Positions 9,302-17,826 of a stretch of 64,000 nt of DNA are shown piece by piece. The stretch covers positions 10,432-74,431 of the forward strand of contig JACPNS010000013.1 in assembly GCA_016185345.1 (NCBI GenBank), read 5' to 3'. The position numbers and the translations under genes were made by a program. The notes under the pieces were generated by a model. The model was given only the letters and a program-made list of their open reading frames with translations, had not been told where the DNA came from and ran no database searches. Position 1 is the stretch's first letter, and every line of letters begins with the position of its first letter. The stretch comes from Solirubrobacterales bacterium (lineage in GTDB: Bacteria; Actinomycetota; Thermoleophilia; Solirubrobacterales; JACPNS01).

Positions 9302-10641
9302 AGCGCCTCGGCTACCTGCTCGGCAAAGACCTGCGCCTGCTCAAGCTCACGCCGACGATCGTCATCCTGCTGGCACTCTACCCGGCGCTGGTCGCTGTGC
9401 TCGTCGGCCTTGCTGTAGGTCGCCCGCCGACCAAGCCGCGCGTCGCGATCGTCAACCAGGTTCCCGAGACCCAGCGCGACATCCGCATCGGCGGCAAGAA
9501 ATTCGACCTCGACAAACTGACCAGCGCGCTCTACGAAAACGTCGACGGCTACAACGTCAAGGATCCGGCAGCAGCGCTCGAAGAGGTCAAATCCGGAGAC
9601 GCTGTCGCGGCGGTGATCATCCCCGAGGACATCGTCGATCAGCTCGAGTCGTCGAGTAGCCAGGGCACGATCGAGGCGATCTTCGACTCCACGGATCCAA
9701 CGCGCAAGGCGTACGTCGAGAACACGATCAAGGGCCTGCTCGTCGACACCAACAACGAGCTGACCAACAGATTCACTGACGTCTCGCTCGACTACATCAA
9801 CATCATCGTCAACGGCGGCGAGATCACCTTCGGCGGCGAAACGCGCAACATCGAGGGTCTTGCCAACGGCGCCGATCTGATCAAGGACGTCCTGCCGTAC
9901 GTGCCGCCGGAACAGCGCAAGGACCTCCAGGAGTTCGCCGCGCTGTCCGAGGGCGCAAAGCAGGGCGCGAACTTCGCCAAGTCGTTGCTGCGGCGCGTCG
10001 GGCAACCGATCAAGCTTCAGAACAAGCCCGTCGGCACCAACTCTTCTCTCTCTTCACTCGCGGTCGCGGTGGCCGTCGCGGTATCGGCGATGTTCGTCGC
10101 CCTGCTCCTCGGCGCGGGCATGCTCGCCTATGAACAGGAGGATCAGATGCTCACGCGTCTGCTCAGGGGCCTTGCCCCGCGAAGCACGATCGTGATTGAG
10201 AAGACACTGCTCGCCGGAATCTGCGCGATGATCGTCGGGACGGTGATGGTGCTCGCCTTCGGGGCCTTTGTCGACATCCGTTGGGAGCGTGTCTTCCTGT
10301 GGTGGCCGGCAATCGTCGTCGCTTCGATCTCCTTTGGCGCGGCAGGCGTGATGGTCGGTGCCGCAAGCGGCGATGTTCGCGCGGCCTCGCTCGCGTCGTT
10401 CATGATTGGCCTGCCGCTGACCGCGGCTGCGCTCGTTCCCAAGGGCGCAGTTTCCGACGCGCTCTACAGCGTGCTCCAGGTGATCAACTCGATCTTCCCG
10501 TTCAAGCCTTCGCTTGACTTCTTGCGTGCAGGGCTCTCTCCCGGCTTCGATGCTCTCTGGCCCGGAATCCATCTCGCAATACTGATCGTGGCCTATTGCC
10601 TGATTGCATCGTTTGCAATCAAGCGCCGCACATCCATCTAG
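9298..10641 (+). CDS. ABC-2 type transporter permease with large extracytoplasmic loop
   Basis: The GTG start overlaps the ATPase stop (GTGA). One N-terminal TM segment, a soluble loop of about 200 aa, then 5 C-terminal TM segments. Confidence 0.7.
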   Translation: MKRLGYLLGKDLRLLKLTPTIVILLALYPALVAVLVGLAVGRPPTKPRVAIVNQVPETQRDIRIGGKKFDLDKLTSALYENVDGYNVKDPAAALEEVKSGDAVAAVIIPEDIVDQLESSSSQGTIEAIFDSTDPTRKAYVENTIKGLLVDTNNELTNRFTDVSLDYINIIVNGGEITFGGETRNIEGLANGADLIKDVLPYVPPEQRKDLQEFAALSEGAKQGANFAKSLLRRVGQPIKLQNKPVGTNSSLSSLAVAVAVAVSAMFVALLLGAGMLAYEQEDQMLTRLLRGLAPRSTIVIEKTLLAGICAMIVGTVMVLAFGAFVDIRWERVFLWWPAIVVASISFGAAGVMVGAASGDVRAASLASFMIGLPLTAAALVPKGAVSDALYSVLQVINSIFPFKPSLDFLRAGLSPGFDALWPGIHLAILIVAYCLIASFAIKRRTSI

Positions 10642-10702
10642 TGATGGGTTTGTGCAAATCAGACTATTGGCCTCGATCGGGGCCACGGTGTAACTTGGAG
10701 CT

Positions 10703-11395
10703 ATGACGGTCTCTTACGATCTAGCCCCTGCCGTTCAACGGCTACTCGGAGATCACCATCCGACGGGTATTTCTACTGGGTTCCTTGAGTCCATCCGAGG
10801 CGACTGGCCTCGATTAGTGGAGGAGGCCGAATCATTTTCAATGTTTGCGGCCGAGCTTTCCGCCTTGTCGCAGGACGAGCTCGCTCCGCTGGTTCGGCAC
10901 ATTGAGAGACAGTCCGTGCTCCCATTTCAGTATTTGAGTGTGCATGGTCCGTCCAAGGGATTGGACGGAGACGAGAGAAAGCTCGTTGACGCGTTAGAGC
11001 TACTCGTCCCGTTTGTGGATTCGATCGTGATGCATCCGGACTCGATTCGGGATCCTCATGAGTACAGACGTCTCGGAAGGACGCTCGTAATCGAGAACAT
11101 GGATCGACGTAAGGAATGGGGCCGATCGGCTAGTGAATTAGACGATCTTTTTCAAGCGCTACCTGAAGCCGGTTTCTGTTTTGATGTTGCTCACGCCTGG
11201 TCAGTGGATCGCTCGATGGAGATCGCGAACGAACTCCTCGCCAGCTTCGCGTCGCGCCTACGCCATGTTCACTTGAGTTCACTTTCCGACGCAGACAGAC
11301 ACATACCGCTTAGGAACGAGGACGCGGAGCTGTTTTCCGCAAGCCTCTTGCGGTGCGTAGATGTTCCCTGGATCCTCGAAGCACCGATCAAGTGA
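10703..11395 (+). CDS. xylose-isomerase-like / AP-endonuclease-2 (endonuclease IV-like) TIM-barrel metalloprotein
   Basis: An RBS-like GGAG lies 3-6 nt upstream. An ordered ligand-like series is present: LSVHGP, IVMHPD, LVIENM, FCFDVAHAW, HVHLSS..DADRHIPL, WILEAP. GC is lower than in the flanks. Confidence 0.55.
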   Translation: MTVSYDLAPAVQRLLGDHHPTGISTGFLESIRGDWPRLVEEAESFSMFAAELSALSQDELAPLVRHIERQSVLPFQYLSVHGPSKGLDGDERKLVDALELLVPFVDSIVMHPDSIRDPHEYRRLGRTLVIENMDRRKEWGRSASELDDLFQALPEAGFCFDVAHAWSVDRSMEIANELLASFASRLRHVHLSSLSDADRHIPLRNEDAELFSASLLRCVDVPWILEAPIK

Positions 11396-12372
11396 ATTCT
11401 GAGCTATCCCCTCTCGAACGGCTTTCGGAGGCGACGGGGATCGAGTTCAACAACTTGATGACCGCGCGCGAGAGCACCCGCGAAGGTCTCAAGCCGAAAA
11501 TTGCCGCGCTCGGATCGGGCGGCGACAAAGATGTTTCGGTAGCGATGAAGGGATCCTGGGGTCGCAGGGAAGTCACCTCGGAGAGCGACGATGACTTCAT
11601 GGCGCTCGTTCATGGGACGGAACGGGCGAAGATCGCGCCGACAATTCCCGAAATTGCGAAGGTGTTAGACGCCGAACCTGGGATCGCTGGCTATTTCGGG
11701 GGAATTGTTGGATCGGCGGACCTAGTGAATTTCATCGGTCTCGATGAGGACGATGTCTGCAACCTAACCAGGCGCCTCCTGTTGTTGCTTGAGTCTGTTC
11801 CGCTCACCAATGAGTCGGAACACGCGGCGGTGATCGAAGAATTACTCGCTCGATACTTGTCATCAGCGAAGGACTACCGACCACCGCGATTCTTGCTCAA
11901 CGATGTCGTCCGGTATTGGCGAACGATCTGCGTCGACTTCGCCGGAAAGCACAAAGAGAACAACGAGAAATGGGGTCTCCGAAACGCCAAACTCCGCACC
12001 TATCGAAAGGGCCTATTCGCGGGCGGCCTTCTACCGGTTCTTGAATGCAGCCGATTGAAGGTTTCCGGTATGACTCCTTTTCTGACGGCCCAATTTTCCA
12101 TGCCGCCTACCGACCGCATTGCTGAAAGCTTCTTGAGACATTCACTGGCGGACTCGGGGGCACGCTGCATGCTCGCGTACGACGCGTTCGTCGGACGACT
12201 GGACGATGCGGAATTTCGGAGCGAGCTCATAGGTGTGACACCGACGAATAAAGGTGAGTCAGCTGCGTTCGTTGAGGCGAGGGATCTGGGACATCAATTT
12301 CAAAAGGGCTTGTTGGCTTTGCTCTTTGAGACGGACCTCAAAGAGATGGTGCGCGAGTACGCGATCTTTTAG
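11392..12372 (+). CDS. Pol-beta superfamily nucleotidyltransferase (GlnD/DUF294-like NTase plus helical substrate-binding region)
   Basis: The GTG at 11392 overlaps the upstream stop (GTGA). The NTase signature GSWGRREVTSESDDDF is present. The C-terminal helical part reads RYWRTICVDF...KLRTYRKGLFAGGLLPVLE. The ORF track gives an alternative upstream GTG at 11353. Confidence 0.55.
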   Translation: MNSELSPLERLSEATGIEFNNLMTARESTREGLKPKIAALGSGGDKDVSVAMKGSWGRREVTSESDDDFMALVHGTERAKIAPTIPEIAKVLDAEPGIAGYFGGIVGSADLVNFIGLDEDDVCNLTRRLLLLLESVPLTNESEHAAVIEELLARYLSSAKDYRPPRFLLNDVVRYWRTICVDFAGKHKENNEKWGLRNAKLRTYRKGLFAGGLLPVLECSRLKVSGMTPFLTAQFSMPPTDRIAESFLRHSLADSGARCMLAYDAFVGRLDDAEFRSELIGVTPTNKGESAAFVEARDLGHQFQKGLLALLFETDLKEMVREYAIF

Positions 12373-12487
12373 GTCGCGTGCGGCTGGTGTTCCAAATGGA
12401 TCCGCGATCGCATGAAGACGTCTGCATCCGTCCAATCAATCCGGACGACTCGCCGCCGCCGCATCCCCCCGCCGATACAGTCAAAAC

Positions 12488-13477
12488 ATGGCATTTCCAG
12501 CCACAAGGATGCGTCGGCTGCGTACGACTCGTTCGATTCGCGACCTCGTGCGCGAGAACGATGTCGGTCCCGCAAACCTGATCGCGCCGTACTTCATCGT
12601 GCCCGGCGCCCGCAAGCGCGAGCCGATCGACTCGATGCCCGGGATCGATCGCTTGAGCGTTGACCTGATGGCGCAGGAAGCCGTTGAACTCCAGGAACTT
12701 GGACTTGCCGGCGTGCTGCTCTTCGGACTGCCCGAAGAGAAGGACGAGATCGGCAGCAGCGCATGGGATCCCGACGGCCCCGTTCAGCTCGCCGTCCAGG
12801 CAATCAAGGCTGCCGCGCCCGAGCTGACCGTGGTCACAGATGTCTGCATGTGCGAATACACAAGCCACGGCCACTGCGGAGTGATCGGGCCGAGCGGCGA
12901 CGTTGACAACGACGAGACGATTGATCTTCTGGCGCGCACTGCGATCTCGCATGCCGCCTCCGGCGCTGATGCCGTTGCGCCGAGCGACATGATGGACGGC
13001 CGCGTCGGCGCGCTACGAGCTGCACTGGACGAGGAAGACTTCGTCAACACGGCGATCATCGCCTACAGCGCGAAGTTCGCCAGCGCGTTCTACGGCCCGT
13101 TCCGGGACGCCGCCGATTCTGCGCCGCAGCCCGATGGCCACATCAAAGAAACCCGCCACGGCTACCAAATGGATCCGGCCAATGCGCGCGAGGCCGTGCG
13201 CGAAGCGATCCTCGATGTCGAGGAAGGCGCAGACATCGTGATGGTCAAGCCAGGGCTTCCCTACCTCGACATCGTGCGCCAGGTTCGCGACGCGGTTCCC
13301 ACTCCGGTGGCCGTTTACAACGTCAGCGGCGAGTACGCAATGCTCAAGGCAGCGGCCGCCAGCGGCTACCTTGATGAACGATCCGCCGTCGCCGAGTCGC
13401 TGCTTTCAATGCGCCGCGCCGGAGCGGACATCATCTTCACCTACCACGCGAAGGAATTTGCATCGTGGAGCCAGTGA
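12488..13477 (+). CDS. hemB: porphobilinogen synthase (delta-aminolevulinate dehydratase)
   Basis: RMRRLR, PGxxRxSxD-type N-terminus, active-site region DIVMVKPGLPYLDIV, YNVSGEYAM. Confidence 0.9.
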   Translation: MAFPATRMRRLRTTRSIRDLVRENDVGPANLIAPYFIVPGARKREPIDSMPGIDRLSVDLMAQEAVELQELGLAGVLLFGLPEEKDEIGSSAWDPDGPVQLAVQAIKAAAPELTVVTDVCMCEYTSHGHCGVIGPSGDVDNDETIDLLARTAISHAASGADAVAPSDMMDGRVGALRAALDEEDFVNTAIIAYSAKFASAFYGPFRDAADSAPQPDGHIKETRHGYQMDPANAREAVREAILDVEEGADIVMVKPGLPYLDIVRQVRDAVPTPVAVYNVSGEYAMLKAAAASGYLDERSAVAESLLSMRRAGADIIFTYHAKEFASWSQ

Positions 13478-14583
13478 CTCCGACAGAAGACGGCATCAAG
13501 CCGATTGGCGAAGGCCGCAACCAGCCGAAACTGCGTTCGCGCGAAGGCGGCGCTGCCGTGCCGCTCGACGAGCGCGACAAGCAACTGCTGAACTTGCTGC
13601 AGAGCAGCTTCCCGCTTGAGCCGTACCCATACGACTCGGTCGCCGAAGAACTCGGCGCCGATCTCGACTGGGTGCTCGAGCGCACGCAGCAACTCCTGAA
13701 CGACCGCATCATCCGTGAGGTCACGCCGATCTTCGACACGCGAGCGATCGGATACGAATCGATGCTCGTCGCCGCGAGCGTTGACCCGGAGTATCCGCAC
13801 CGCGCGGCCGAAGTGATCAACGCCCATCCGGGCGTCAGCCACAACTACCTGCGCAACCACGAGTTCAACCTCTGGTTCACGATCGCCACCCCGCCCGAGT
13901 CTGAGCTCGGCCTCAAGGGAACGCTCGACGTGCTCGCCCGCGAGGCCGGCGCGACCAGCGTCCGCTCGCTCCCAACACTGCGCCTCTTCAAGATCAATAT
14001 GAACCTCGAGATGGAGAAGGGCACCGAGACGCTCGCGGCCCCCGGCGGCGAGTCAAAGGAACGCCCGATCGAGTCAGTGAAGCTCACCGAGATGGACTAC
14101 GCGGTGATCAAGAACCTTCAGGGTGCGCTCGAAGTGCGCCGCGACGTGTACCAACCGGCCGCCGACGCGATCGGCATCACCGTCGATCAGTTGCTCGACC
14201 ACTGCCGCGACATGGTTGACCGCGGGCTGCTCCGCCGCGTCGCCGGAATCCTTTTCCACCGCCGTGCCGGTTTCAGCGCAAACGGCATGGGCGTCTGGAA
14301 GGTGCCAGAGGACCAGATCTCGGTGATTGGCCCGCAGATGGCCGAGTTCCGCGGCATCTCCCACTGTTACCAGCGTCCGACCTACGAGGACTGGCCGTAT
14401 TCAGTCTTCACGATGGCGCATGGCCGCTCAAAAGCAGAGTGCGACGAGATCCTCGATCAGATCGCCGAAGAGACGGGCATCCACGATCGCGCCACGCTGT
14501 ACTCATCGACCGAGTACAAGAAGATTCGCCTGCGCTACTTCACCCCTGACTACGCCGAGTGGGAAGCCGCGCACGCCTCGTGA
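13465..14583 (+). CDS. fused siroheme decarboxylase-like protein (AhbA/AhbB or NirD/L-type, two Lrp/AsnC-like halves)
   Basis: Two tandem halves, each an HTH plus a ...HPGVSHNY.R / ...GISHCYQR module. The start is GTG 13465 or GTG 13474; the latter overlaps the hemB stop as GTGA. Confidence 0.65.
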   Translation: MEPVTPTEDGIKPIGEGRNQPKLRSREGGAAVPLDERDKQLLNLLQSSFPLEPYPYDSVAEELGADLDWVLERTQQLLNDRIIREVTPIFDTRAIGYESMLVAASVDPEYPHRAAEVINAHPGVSHNYLRNHEFNLWFTIATPPESELGLKGTLDVLAREAGATSVRSLPTLRLFKINMNLEMEKGTETLAAPGGESKERPIESVKLTEMDYAVIKNLQGALEVRRDVYQPAADAIGITVDQLLDHCRDMVDRGLLRRVAGILFHRRAGFSANGMGVWKVPEDQISVIGPQMAEFRGISHCYQRPTYEDWPYSVFTMAHGRSKAECDEILDQIAEETGIHDRATLYSSTEYKKIRLRYFTPDYAEWEAAHAS

Positions 14584-15854
14584 CCCGCTCGGATGAGTTG
14601 TATGCCCGGGCGTTGAAGGTTTTGCCGGGCGGCGTCAACTCTCCGGTACGCGCGATGCGCTCAATTGGCCGCGACCCGCTGTTCATCGCCACGGCACGCG
14701 GTCCAGAGATCGTCGACGTCGACGGCAACGTCTACATCGACTATGTCTGCTCCTGGGGGCCGATGATCCTTGGGCATGCCGACCGCGATGTTGTTGCGGC
14801 GATCGAAGGTGCGACCGAGTCCGGCACGTCGTATGGCGCCCCGACCGAACTAGAGGTCGATCTCGCCGAAGCGATCGCTGAGCGAGTGCCGAGCATCGAG
14901 ATGGTGCGCATGACCTCATCGGGCACCGAGGCGGGCATGTCGGTCCTGCGCCTGGCCCGCGCTGCAACCGGTCGCGACAAGATCCTGAAATTCGCCGGCG
15001 CCTATCACGGACACAGCGACAGCCTGCTCGTCGACGCTGGCTCTGGGCTTGCGACGCTCGCCGTCCCGGGCAGCCCGGGAGTCACGGCCGGCTCCTCGCA
15101 GGACACGATCGTCGTCCCATGGAACGACCGCGAGGCGCTGTTGGCCGCCTGCGCCGAGCACCAGTTCGCCGCGTTGATCGCCGAGCCGTGCCCGGCCAAC
15201 ATGGGCCTCGTTCCGCCTGCCGACGGATTTCTCGAACTGCTGCGCGAGCAGGCAGACGAGTCCGGTGCGCTGCTGATCTTCGATGAGGTGATCAGCGGCT
15301 TTCGCGTCGCTCGCGGCGGCTACCAGGAGCTCGCGGGCGTCACGCCGGACCTCACGATGCTCGGCAAGATCGTCGGAGGCGGTCTCCCGGCAGCCGCCTA
15401 CGCAGGTCGCCGCGACCTGATGGAAATGATCTCGCCCTCGGGCGACGTCTATCAAGCTGGCACGCTTTCGGGAAATCCGCTTGCGATGGCAGCAGGCCTC
15501 GCAACGCTCTCCAAGCTTGACGAGCAGGCGTACTCCGTGCTCGCACTACGCACCAAGATTCTGGCCAAGGGTCTCGCAGTGGCCGCCGCGGATTCAGGCG
15601 TCGAGCTTTCGATCGTAAGTGAATGCGGCCTCCTCACGATCTTCTTTGCGCCGACCGCACCGACCGACTACGAAGCTGCCAAGGCCTGCGATCTCGGGAA
15701 ACACGCGGCCTGGTGCCGGGCGCTGCTGGACCGCGGGGTCTACGCGCCACCATCTCAGTTTGAGGCCTGGTTCCCGTCGCTCGTCCACGACGACGCGGTG
15801 ATCGACCACACGATCGATGCGGCCCGCGCAGCCTTTGCAGAGGTCGCCGAGTGA
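14580..15854 (+). CDS. hemL: glutamate-1-semialdehyde 2,1-aminomutase
   Basis: The GTG at 14580 overlaps the upstream stop. Motifs: LPGGVNSPVRA, FDEVISGFR, and the lysine region MLGKIVGGG. Confidence 0.9.
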   Translation: MTRSDELYARALKVLPGGVNSPVRAMRSIGRDPLFIATARGPEIVDVDGNVYIDYVCSWGPMILGHADRDVVAAIEGATESGTSYGAPTELEVDLAEAIAERVPSIEMVRMTSSGTEAGMSVLRLARAATGRDKILKFAGAYHGHSDSLLVDAGSGLATLAVPGSPGVTAGSSQDTIVVPWNDREALLAACAEHQFAALIAEPCPANMGLVPPADGFLELLREQADESGALLIFDEVISGFRVARGGYQELAGVTPDLTMLGKIVGGGLPAAAYAGRRDLMEMISPSGDVYQAGTLSGNPLAMAAGLATLSKLDEQAYSVLALRTKILAKGLAVAAADSGVELSIVSECGLLTIFFAPTAPTDYEAAKACDLGKHAAWCRALLDRGVYAPPSQFEAWFPSLVHDDAVIDHTIDAARAAFAEVAE

Positions 15855-16234
15855 ACACTGCCGCCGCAAAGTTCGACCTGCTCCCGGCCGAGAGGCTGAT
15901 CGCCGACCGTCGAAATGACACGCCCGCCTCAGAGGTCGAGGCCGCTGCATCCCTGCGAAGCGCCGCCGCCGAAGTAGTACGCGAGGGCTACTTGTTGCAC
16001 TACGGCGAGCCACGGTGGTACGACGTCCCGGACACCGACTTGGCGCTACTTGCAGGGGACCGCATGTACGCGGCTGGCCTCGCGGCACTGGCTGACGCAG
16101 GCGACACTCTGGCGGTCAGCGCGTTGGCCGCGCTCATCGCAGGTTGTGCGGAAGCTCACGCAGTCGATGAAAGCGCGCGCGCAGCCGAACTGTGGGAGTC
16201 CACTTTGGCTATGCTTGCGCCCGGTTCGGAGTGA
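15851..16234 (+). CDS. small polyprenyl-synthase-like protein lacking the DDxxD motif (hypothetical)
   Basis: The GTG overlaps the hemL stop. The segment AAEVVREGYLLHYGE...LALLAGDRMYAAGLAALADAGD parallels AVELVHMATLVHDDVLDD...QTGDMLFALAFMELTESGD of the neighbouring polyprenyl synthase, but the Asp-rich motif is replaced. Confidence 0.45.
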   Translation: MNTAAAKFDLLPAERLIADRRNDTPASEVEAAASLRSAAAEVVREGYLLHYGEPRWYDVPDTDLALLAGDRMYAAGLAALADAGDTLAVSALAALIAGCAEAHAVDESARAAELWESTLAMLAPGSE

Positions 16235-16271
16235 TCCATCCTCGATCTGATCCAGACCAATTCTCTTCTCG

Positions 16272-16964
16272 ATGCCCCCGGAATCCAACACCAAATCAAC
16301 GCCGTCCAAAACGACCGCGACTGACGCTTCCATGCCGCCGAAGTCCAAGTTCACCGCTGACCGCGGCTGGCCCGGCGCGTTCGAAGGCGAGACTGTCACG
16401 CGCCGCTCCTTCATGACTGGCGTGGCGCTGACCGCGGGTGGAGTTGCCTCCGCGATGTTCGCGCTACCGGCTCTGGGATTCGCACTCGGTCCGCTGTTCG
16501 AGAAGACGAACCACATTGCACTTCTGGACGTCGGATCCGTCGACGACTTCTCCGCAGACACTTTCGTGCCACAGGTCGTGACGACCACCCCCGGAATCGG
16601 CGAGGTCGGCAAAACGCTCGTCTACATGCGCAAGAACGACAAGCCGACACCCGAACAGGCCTGGCCTTTTGTCGCGATTTCAAACCGCTGCGCGCACCTC
16701 GGCTGCCCGGTTCGTTATATCGAAGCCGCGAAGCAGTTCATCTGCCCGTGCCACGGAGGCACCTACGGATTTGAAGGCGAAGTGACCGGTGGACCTCCGG
16801 TCCGCCCGCTCGACCGTTTCGAGACCTTCGTCCAGAACGGCCGTGTCATGCTCGGCAACCGCTTCTCCGTCAACTCCCAGCTCGAACGCGTCCCGACCCG
16901 TGACCCCGGTGCACATGTCGATGGCTTCTGGCAGGTTCTCTACCCGCCGCGTCCGACCACCTAG
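16272..16964 (+). CDS. qcrA: Rieske 2Fe-2S subunit of menaquinol-cytochrome c reductase
   Basis: Tat-like RRSFMTGVALTAGG and the Rieske boxes CAHLGCPV ... CPCHGGTY. Confidence 0.85.
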   Translation: MPPESNTKSTPSKTTATDASMPPKSKFTADRGWPGAFEGETVTRRSFMTGVALTAGGVASAMFALPALGFALGPLFEKTNHIALLDVGSVDDFSADTFVPQVVTTTPGIGEVGKTLVYMRKNDKPTPEQAWPFVAISNRCAHLGCPVRYIEAAKQFICPCHGGTYGFEGEVTGGPPVRPLDRFETFVQNGRVMLGNRFSVNSQLERVPTRDPGAHVDGFWQVLYPPRPTT

Positions 16965-16988
16965 TCGCCGGAAATCAAGAGTCCTTCA

Positions 16989-17822
16989 ATGCCCAAACTA
17001 AGCAACCCGCTCAAGAAGAACGTCTCGGATCTGCCGAAGCCGCCGATGCCACCGCTCCCGCCGAGCCTCCGCCCGAACCCGAAACCGGGTGTGAAGGAAG
17101 AGGTCACCCTCGGCGAGGCCGCCGCCGCCAGCGGTACGAGCGTCGTTGCCTGGATCGACGAGCGCACCAGCGGCTCTGGATTCCTGCGTGGATTCCTCTT
17201 CCGCAAAGTGCCCAAAGGCACCAACTGGTGGTACACGCTCGGCTCGGCGACGATGTTCGCCTTCATCGCCCAAGCCTTCACCGGCGTATTCCTTGCGATG
17301 TACTACGTCCCGAGTCCCACAGAGGCGTACGAATCAGTGCGCCACATGAACAACGACGTCTTCCTGGGCGAGTTCGTACGCGGAATGCACAGGTGGGGCG
17401 CGACGGTCATGACGGTCCTCATCTTTGTGCATATGGCCCGCACCTTCGTCTTTGGTGCCTACAAGTACCCGCGCGAGCTCAACTGGATCGTCGGCGTTCT
17501 TCTGCTGATGATGACCATGATGATGGGCTTCACCGGCTACCTGCTGCCCTTCGACCAGCGCTCCTTCTGGGCCACGGTCGTCGGCGTGAACCTGAACGGC
17601 ACCGGTCCGATCATCGGCCCCTACCTCGCGGATTTTCTGCGCGCAGGCTCTGACTTCACCGCCACCACCCTTCCTCGCTTCTACGCGATCCACATGATGC
17701 TCGTACCAGGATTGATCGGCGCGCTGATCGGCGCCCACCTCTATCTGGTCGCCAAGCTCGGCACCTCGGCCCCGCCGTGGAAGCAGGCCGACCTTCCGCC
17801 CAGCGACGAGAAGCGGGTCTAG
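16989..17822 (+). CDS. qcrB: cytochrome b (b6-like N-terminal half, four-helix heme-bearing subunit)
   Basis: The Pro-rich N-terminal extension is followed by WWYTLGS, FTGVFLAMYY, RGMHRWGA and GYLLPFDQRSFWA. Confidence 0.85.
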   Translation: MPKLSNPLKKNVSDLPKPPMPPLPPSLRPNPKPGVKEEVTLGEAAAASGTSVVAWIDERTSGSGFLRGFLFRKVPKGTNWWYTLGSATMFAFIAQAFTGVFLAMYYVPSPTEAYESVRHMNNDVFLGEFVRGMHRWGATVMTVLIFVHMARTFVFGAYKYPRELNWIVGVLLLMMTMMMGFTGYLLPFDQRSFWATVVGVNLNGTGPIIGPYLADFLRAGSDFTATTLPRFYAIHMMLVPGLIGALIGAHLYLVAKLGTSAPPWKQADLPPSDEKRV

Positions 17823-17826
17823 GCAG

